Source of the DNA: Candidatus Tremblayella phenacoccinincola
GTDB taxonomy: Bacteria; Pseudomonadota; Gammaproteobacteria; Burkholderiales; Burkholderiaceae
Length of the DNA: 32,000 nt
Direction of reading: 5' to 3'
NCBI RefSeq assembly: GCF_009805595.3
Contig: NZ_VMQO03000001.1
Location: 30,001-62,000 of the forward strand
The notes beneath the pieces are model-generated. The model was not told the DNA's origin, made no database searches, and saw only the letters and a program-made list of their open reading frames with translations. Below, piece after piece: positions 26,896-32,000 of this stretch (position 1 is the stretch's first letter; the number at the start of each line of letters is the position of its first letter). The position numbers were made by a program, and so were the translations under genes.

Positions 26896-27468
26896 ATAAA
26901 CATAACCATAAACATAACCATAAGCATAACTTCAACTAAACGAATTAATGGTGAAGCCTCAAACCCCAAAGTAAGAATAATTGGACTAAACAAAGAACTA
27001 TTAGGAACTATGAATTTAGAAGAAGCCTTAAGCATATCCAAAAGCTTAAAAACAGATCTTATTGAGACATCACCTAACAGCTTTCCTCCAGCTTGCTGCC
27101 TAATGGATCACGGTAAGTTCAAATATAGATCTTCAAAGAAAAAACAAAAAGATAAGGCTAAGCAAAAGACCATGCAAACAAAAGAAGTTAAACTTACTCC
27201 TAATATTGGCAAGAAGGACTACAGAATTAAAATGCGTCAGTTAGTCAGTTTCTTAGAGAAAGGAAACAAAGTTAAGGTCATTGTTAAATTCAAAGGACGA
27301 GAGATATGCTTTAAAAACATGGGCTTTGAGATTCTCAAAGAAGTCCAAACCGATCTTTCAGGCCTCTGTACAGTTGAACACTCTAAAAGAAAGGAAGACA
27401 AATGCATATCAATGTTCCTAACAACATTAAAACAAAGAAAGCCTAAACAACAAAAGTGGAATGCATAA
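26896..27468 (+). CDS. infC: translation initiation factor IF-3, non-canonical (ATA/ATT) start
   Basis: Homology to the IF-3 N-terminus (KRINGEASNPKVRIIGLNKELLGTMNLEEAL versus E. coli [31 protein letters not shown]) lies upstream of the first ATG (27010). There is no ATG, GTG or TTG in frame between the TAA at 26872-26874 and 27010. The ATA at 26896 follows the SD-like GAGGGGG (26885-26891) by 4 nt, and an ATT at 26944 is an alternative. Non-canonical start codons are the known autoregulatory feature of infC. Confidence 0.88.
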   Translation: MNITINITISITSTKRINGEASNPKVRIIGLNKELLGTMNLEEALSISKSLKTDLIETSPNSFPPACCLMDHGKFKYRSSKKKQKDKAKQKTMQTKEVKLTPNIGKKDYRIKMRQLVSFLEKGNKVKVIVKFKGREICFKNMGFEILKEVQTDLSGLCTVEHSKRKEDKCISMFLTTLKQRKPKQQKWNA

Positions 27469-27661
27469 AACGAAACCCAAACCCAACAGAAGCGCAGCCA
27501 AACGCTTCAAGTGTAATAAAACCGGATGTATAAAGAAACGTAAGGCTTTTAGAAACCATTTGTTAACCAAGAAGCGATCTAAGAACAAAAGGAGATTACA
27601 CCAGGGCTCCTATGTTCATATATCAGACTCCGAAAGGATTAGACGCATGTTGTGGCAATAA
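27461..27661 (+). CDS. rpmI: 50S ribosomal protein L35
   Basis: 66-aa basic ORF. KPKPNRSAAKRFKCNKTGCIKKRKAFRNHLLTKK is an L35 pattern. It overlaps the infC 3' end by 8 nt. Confidence 0.93.
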   Translation: MHKTKPKPNRSAAKRFKCNKTGCIKKRKAFRNHLLTKKRSKNKRRLHQGSYVHISDSERIRRMLWQ

Positions 27662-28032
27662 TGGAGGCTACTTTGACCAGAGTAAAAAGAGGGGTAACTT
27701 CCCGTAGTAGACACAAGAGACTTGTTAGGTTAGCTAAAGGATTTAGGAGTAGGAGAAAGAATGTATATCGAGTTGCTAAACAGGCAGTAATGAAGTCTCA
27801 GCAATATTCATACATTGATCGCAAAAAGAGGAAAAGAAGCTTTAGGTCTTTGTGGATTATGCATATCAATATAGCAAGCCGTAAATATGGTATAAACTAC
27901 AGTACGCTAATGAAGCAACTAAGACTCAACGGAATTGAAGTTAACAGAAAACATCTTTCAGGTCTTATCGAATACGACAGTAGCATATTTAAAGGGATAG
28001 TTGGAAGCGTTTTTAACTCAGTTAGGCTTTAG
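27661..28032 (+). CDS. rplT: 50S ribosomal protein L20
   Basis: TRVKRGVTSRSRHKRLVRLAKGFRSRRKNVYRVAKQAVMKSQQYSYIDRKKRKRSFRSLWI is collinear with L20. The ATG at 27661 overlaps the rpmI stop (TAATG). The GTG at 27652 from the ORF track is an alternative start. Confidence 0.93.
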   Translation: MEATLTRVKRGVTSRSRHKRLVRLAKGFRSRRKNVYRVAKQAVMKSQQYSYIDRKKRKRSFRSLWIMHINIASRKYGINYSTLMKQLRLNGIEVNRKHLSGLIEYDSSIFKGIVGSVFNSVRL

Positions 28033-28060
28033 AATCCTTTTAAGCGAGAGCTAGTAGTAT

Positions 28061-28477
28061 TTGTATTATATATATTGCTTAGCATTCCAAATAATACCTG
28101 GTATAACAACAGCAATAGGTTCTACCATAGGAATACCATTAACTCATAGAAACTACTCTAATAATATAGCTTTTACAACAGGGTCTATATCCTATAAAAA
28201 CAAACCTAACTGGAATCTAGAACTAAATAAAAAGCAAACAATAATAATGTATATGTATGCAAGTAATATAACTAAGCTAAAAGAAAAGCTATTAAAAAGT
28301 AGCTTCTCAAATAAAACTCCAATAGCAATAATTACATCAAGCACTAATAAAAACCAAAAGATAATAATAAGCAACATAAAAAGCATAGAAAGCTTATCAA
28401 ATAATAATACAACACCCTCTATATTGATAATAGGAAATATAATAAAGCTATATAGAGATATTACTACATTCAATTAA
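28061..28477 (+). pseudogene. 5'-truncated remnant of uroporphyrinogen-III C-methyltransferase (CobA / CysG C-terminal domain)
   Basis: IIPGITTAIGSTIGIPLTHRNYSNNIAFTTGS…KQTIIMYM…TPIAIITSSTNKNQKII…TPSILIIGNIIKL aligns with the last roughly 135 aa of E. coli CysG ([34 protein letters not shown]…KQTLVFYM…MPVALVENGTSVKQRVV…SPALIIVGRVVAL). The N-terminal half of the methyltransferase domain, including the GAGPGD motif, is absent. TAG TAG stops lie at 28051-28056 and rplT ends at 28032. Confidence 0.75.
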
Positions 28478-28560
28478 TAAGAGCATAAGTCCCTTCTAAA
28501 CCTATAACAATCCCCCCCCCCTTCTCTAACAGCTAACACCTAAAAAGGAAAAGAGCTAGA

Positions 28561-28665
28561 ATGTCTTTATGGGACGGCCGCTTCAAAGAAAAGCTAAACA
28601 TAATGTTTGAATACTTTAACAACTCCTTAAAAACCGATTATAGGTTCATAACGAAATATAGCTAA
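28561..28665 (+). pseudogene. 34-codon 5' stub of argininosuccinate lyase
   Basis: MSLWDGRFKEKLNIMFEYFNNSLKTDYRFITKYS* aligns with the E. coli ArgH N-terminus [33 protein letters not shown]. The rest of the gene is missing, since tRNA-Trp starts 32 nt downstream. Confidence 0.5.
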
Positions 28666-28696
28666 CCATAAGTCTATTGCATTATAATTAGGAAAG

Positions 28697-28770
28697 CAGG
28701 GATAGAGAGTCTCGAACTCCCAACAGCTGGTTTTGGAGACCAGTACTCTGCCAAGTTGAGTTATATCCCT
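28697..28770 (-). tRNA. tRNA-Trp (anticodon CCA)
   Basis: Minus-strand sequence AGGGATA-TA-ACTC-AACTTGGCA-GAGT-A-CTGGT-CTCCAAA-ACCAG-CTGTT-GGGAG-TTCGAGA-CTCTC-TATCCCT-G. It is very similar to E. coli trpT. Confidence 0.92.
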
Positions 28771-28772
28771 TG

Positions 28773-28846
28773 CGGTGCGGGCGAGTTTCGAACTCGCCAC
28801 CTTCGGCGTGACAAACCGATATTCTAACCAACTGAACTACCGCACC
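28773..28846 (-). tRNA. tRNA-Asp (anticodon GUC)
   Basis: Minus-strand sequence GGTGCGG-TA-GTTC-AGTTGGTTA-GAAT-A-TCGGT-TTGTCAC-GCCGA-AGGTG-GCGAG-TTCGAAA-CTCGC-CCGCACC-G. It lies 2 nt upstream of tRNA-Trp on the same strand. Confidence 0.92.
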
Positions 28847-29122
28847 TATAGACTTAAGCAGTTTCTTACTCTAGTCAAAGGACTAGTTTATAAACCGAAT
28901 TAAGCAGAATCTATTATGTGGTTCTAACTGGTATTATATTGTTGTTAAGAAGAATGCTTTTTCTAGAAGGCTGGTTGGATTCTAGAATGGTTAGCAGGAC
29001 AAGCTATTACCAGTTCTAGGAAAGGCTACTCCTCCTACCAACCACCCACATATACAATACTACCCCCACATAGCTAAACCTCTTGTAGTTCCTTAAAGAA
29101 AAACTAATCTAATAAACCCATA

Positions 29123-30541
29123 ATGCCTATGAAAATAATAACTCGCTTTGCCCCAAGTCCTACTGGATATGTTCACATTGGGGGAATAAGAACTGCCTTA
29201 TATTCCTGGCTATATACTCGTAGTAAAAAAGGAAAGCTTATTTTAAGAATAGAAGATACTGACTCTTCACGTTCAAATTCCAAATACATTGACTCAATAG
29301 CTGCTGTAATGAAATGGTTAAGTTTAGATTGGGATGAAGGTCCATACATACAAACAAAAAGACTAAACAGATATAATGAATATGTCTCTAAATTGATAAA
29401 TGCTAACTTAGCTTACAAATGCTACTGTACAAAAGAAAGACTAGAAAGTCTACGTAAGTCTCAATTAGCTCAAGGAATAAAACCAAAATATGATGGCCAT
29501 TGTCGTAATAAATATGTATACTATAATGACTCAAAAGAATATGTTATAAGGTTTAAAAACCCAATAAATGGAACTACCTCTTTTTATGATAATATACGCG
29601 GTTCTATTTCTTTTAGAAACGAAGAGTTAGATGATCTTATAATAAAACGAACTAATGGCCTACCTACATATAACCTATGCGTGGTAGTAGATGACTTAGA
29701 CATGGAGATAACACACATAGTTAGAGGAGAAGAACATATTAACAATACGCCCCGTCAAATAAACATACTAAAAGCCCTTAACTCACCGATTCCAATATAT
29801 ACGCATGTGCCAATAATATTAGGTAATTCTGGGAAAAAGCTATCTAAAAGGGAACAAGCTACAAACGTATTAGAATACAAACATAATGGGTTTTTACCAG
29901 AAGCAATAATAAATTATATTGTTAAGCTAGGATGGACATACGGCAATAAAGAACTAATTAACATTAACGAACTAAAAGCTATATTCAATACTAAGTCCAT
30001 TAGAAAGTCTGCAAGTAAGTTTGACTATGAAAAGCTACTATGGGTAAATCAACAATATATTAAAAACACTTCAGATAAGTATATTATCGAATATCTATAT
30101 GTAAGCTTGAACAAAAGCAAATACAAACCTAATATTAAATATGGTTCTATACTAAAAAGCCTAATAAGACTATATAAAACTAGATGTAATACATTAAACC
30201 TAATAACAGAAAGCTTCTACCAATTCTATATAGATTCTAGTAGTTCTAATGAAACCTATATAAACTATATAGAAGCTGCTTCTGTTTTAGATATCGTAGA
30301 AGCCATATATAAAGAAATATCAATAACAAAAAGCTGGTCCATAAATATGATAACTGAAATAATACAAAAGATATCAATAAGCCTAAATATAGCTGTCTGT
30401 AATATAGCTATGCTATTAAGAATAGGCTTATTAGGAAAAGCTGTATCACCAGGAATAACTCAAGTCATAAACATATTTAATAAAGAGTCTCTACTAAAAC
30501 GTATAAAAAAGGTAATTACAATGCTTAAATATAACTATTGA
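29123..30541 (+). CDS. gltX: glutamyl-tRNA synthetase
   Basis: 472-aa ORF. (MP)[74 protein letters not shown] and KLSKR (KMSKS-type) are near-collinear with E. coli GltX. The true start may be the second ATG at 29129. Confidence 0.96.
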   Translation: [472 protein letters not shown]

Positions 30542-30712
30542 AACAGTTGTTAGCTATTAACTTCTTTCAGACATAATAGGGGTTTCAACTAGAACTATAA
30601 CATAATTACATACTATAACAAAATAGATTAGAAACAGCTAGTCAAAAGCAGGTAACAGATAAACCCCAAACGCCAATACATATGAAAGTGTTAATATACA
30701 TATGCTTCTCTC

Positions 30713-30747
30713 TTCTCTATTCTCTATTCTCTATTCTCTATTCTCTT
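30713..30747. repeat. 7-bp tandem repeat (TTCTCTA)x4 plus a partial unit, inside a G-free tract
   Basis: There are four perfect TTCTCTA units at 30713-30740 and a degenerate fifth. 30705-30749 contains no G. The repeat lies in the convergent gltX/ileS spacer. Confidence 0.85.
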
Positions 30748-30894
30748 TAGCAGATGTCAAACCAGTAACAATGTTAAATAGAGCTCGAGCTCCTACTACA
30801 TGGTACCCCAATAGAATCCTAGAAAGGTTTCGCTGGAGACGCTAGCCTATCAAGAGAGACCATTTATTCCCCTCCCCCCACAATATATTAACTA

Positions 30895-32000
30895 CTAAAT
30901 AAGCATACGCACTTCTCCAGTACCAATAATATTAGAGACACACCTATCACATATCTTAGAACCTGTAGTATAATGCCAACACCTAGAACATCTTATTCCA
31001 CTAGCTTTCTTAATAGAGACTTTTAAATACTCAAAAAGGTTACTTTGTATTGCTGTTACGTCAGCTTCATTATAACTTAATATTTCTACTTCAGAAACCA
31101 ACATCAAAAAAGATAACTCATTTCCTAACTTCAGTAACTTGAAAGCTAACCCATCGTCTACATACAGAACCCCACATACTTCTAAAGAACTACCAATAAA
31201 CCCCCGTAATCGCTCTAACTCAATAGCTTTGTTAACTTCACTTCGAACTTGCATCATCATATACCAATAAGCCTTATCCATATTTAAGCTAGCAAAAGAT
31301 AAGGAGTTGTACCACTCTTCAGCATACACATATTTAGCTCTTTCCCCAGACAAATAACCCCATATCTCATTAGCAGTAAAAGAAACTATAGGAGAAACCC
31401 AAAGAACCATTGCTTCTAAAATATGATATAAAGTGGACTGACAGCTTCTTTGTGCAATACTTTTAACATTCGATGTGTAATTACGATCTTTAACAACATC
31501 TAAATAAAAAGATCCTAACTCTACTGAACAAAACTGCATAATTCGTTTAATAACAATATGAAACTGATATCTATTAAAAGCATCTATAATATCTTTTTGA
31601 AGAACATATGAACAGCTTATTATCCATTTATCCAAAGCTAACATACTTTTAAAAGAGATACTATTGTGGTTTGGATGAAACCCATTTAGATTAGCTAATA
31701 AAAACCTAATAGTATTTCGAATACGTCGATAGATATCAGAAGAGCGTTTAATAGTTTCTTCAGAAAACTGAATCTCTTTAGTAAAATCATTTAAAGCTAC
31801 CCAAATACGAAATACATCAGCTCCATAGGTTTCAATTAGATTCAATGGGTTAATAACATTTCCAATAGACTTAGACATTTTAAACCCATCAACATCTACA
31901 ACAAAACCATGCGTTAATATTTCTCGATATGGTAATTCTTCATTTATTATATTAGATAATATTAAAAGAGCCATAAACCAACCTCGATATTGATCAGAAC
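30895..32000 (-). CDS. ileS: isoleucyl-tRNA synthetase (C-terminal ~368 codons; 5' part outside window)
   Basis: The frame stays open to nt 32000 (…SDQYRGWFMALLILS aligns with E. coli GSDQHRGWFMSSLMIS). It has the KMSKS motif (FKMSKSIGN), RRIRNTIRFLLANLNGF and the C-terminal zinc-finger region CSRCWHY…CDRCVSNIIGTGE. The Met at 31974 in the ORF track is internal. Confidence 0.96.
   Translation of the reverse strand, partial: SDQYRGWFMALLILSNIINEELPYREILTHGFVVDVDGFKMSKSIGNVINPLNLIETYGADVFRIWVALNDFTKEIQFSEETIKRSSDIYRRIRNTIRFLLANLNGFHPNHNSISFKSMLALDKWIISCSYVLQKDIIDAFNRYQFHIVIKRIMQFCSVELGSFYLDVVKDRNYTSNVKSIAQRSCQSTLYHILEAMVLWVSPIVSFTANEIWGYLSGERAKYVYAEEWYNSLSFASLNMDKAYWYMMMQVRSEVNKAIELERLRGFIGSSLEVCGVLYVDDGLAFKLLKLGNELSFLMLVSEVEILSYNEADVTAIQSNLFEYLKVSIKKASGIRCSRCWHYTTGSKICDRCVSNIIGTGEVRMLI

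Noticed and set aside
30781-30846. A 12-nt perfect palindrome GAGCTCGAGCTC (SacI/XhoI/SacI) with GGTACC (KpnI, 30802-30807) and GCTAGC (NheI, 30841-30846) nearby, raising the possibility of polylinker or vector contamination
   Set aside because: The order and spacing match no polylinker I know. The flanking sequence is contiguous with the gltX/ileS spacer composition. Short palindromes containing AGCT are common throughout this window. The palindrome could act as a small hairpin, but there is no further support.

Overview
This window looks like part of a highly reduced, AT-biased proteobacterial genome of the insect-endosymbiont type, using the standard genetic code (TGG = Trp; TAA, TAG and TGA all act as stops). 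I can support about 28 protein genes, 6 tRNAs, one tmRNA that the ORF track misses, three gene remnants or frameshifted genes, and several unusual low-complexity spacers. The protein genes are asd, dnaE, rsfS, cysS, smpB, lepB, leuS, rlmE, carB, carA, a DUF2059-like secreted protein, pheA, aroA, rpsA, rpsP, rplS, metF, yggX, aroC, infC, rpmI, rplT, gltX and ileS. The tRNAs are Arg-UCU, Leu-GAG, initiator Met, Trp and Asp, plus one degenerate tRNA-like element. The remnants are a frameshifted dnaQ, a 5'-truncated cobA/cysG and an argH 5' stub. Main observations: (1) The window is a mosaic of GC-moderate blocks (1-5077 and 11225-28032) and very AT-rich blocks (5374-10936 and 28061-32000). The two kinds of block appear to have different ancestry, betaproteobacterial-like versus enterobacterial-like. 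All four aminoacyl-tRNA synthetases sit in the AT-rich blocks, and the usual synthetase positions in the GC-moderate blocks are empty. This is the pattern expected for a chimeric (fused) endosymbiont genome. (2) A roughly 1.1-kb non-coding region switches from a C-poor GA/GT-rich arm to a 556-nt tract containing a single G, packed with microsatellites and minisatellites. Smaller G-free spacers of the same family are scattered through the window. (3) The proofreading gene dnaQ, immediately next to that region, is broken by a single frameshift at a T5 run although all three Exo motifs are intact. All calls come from reading the sequence and from remembered reference sequences. No searches or genome-wide statistics were run.
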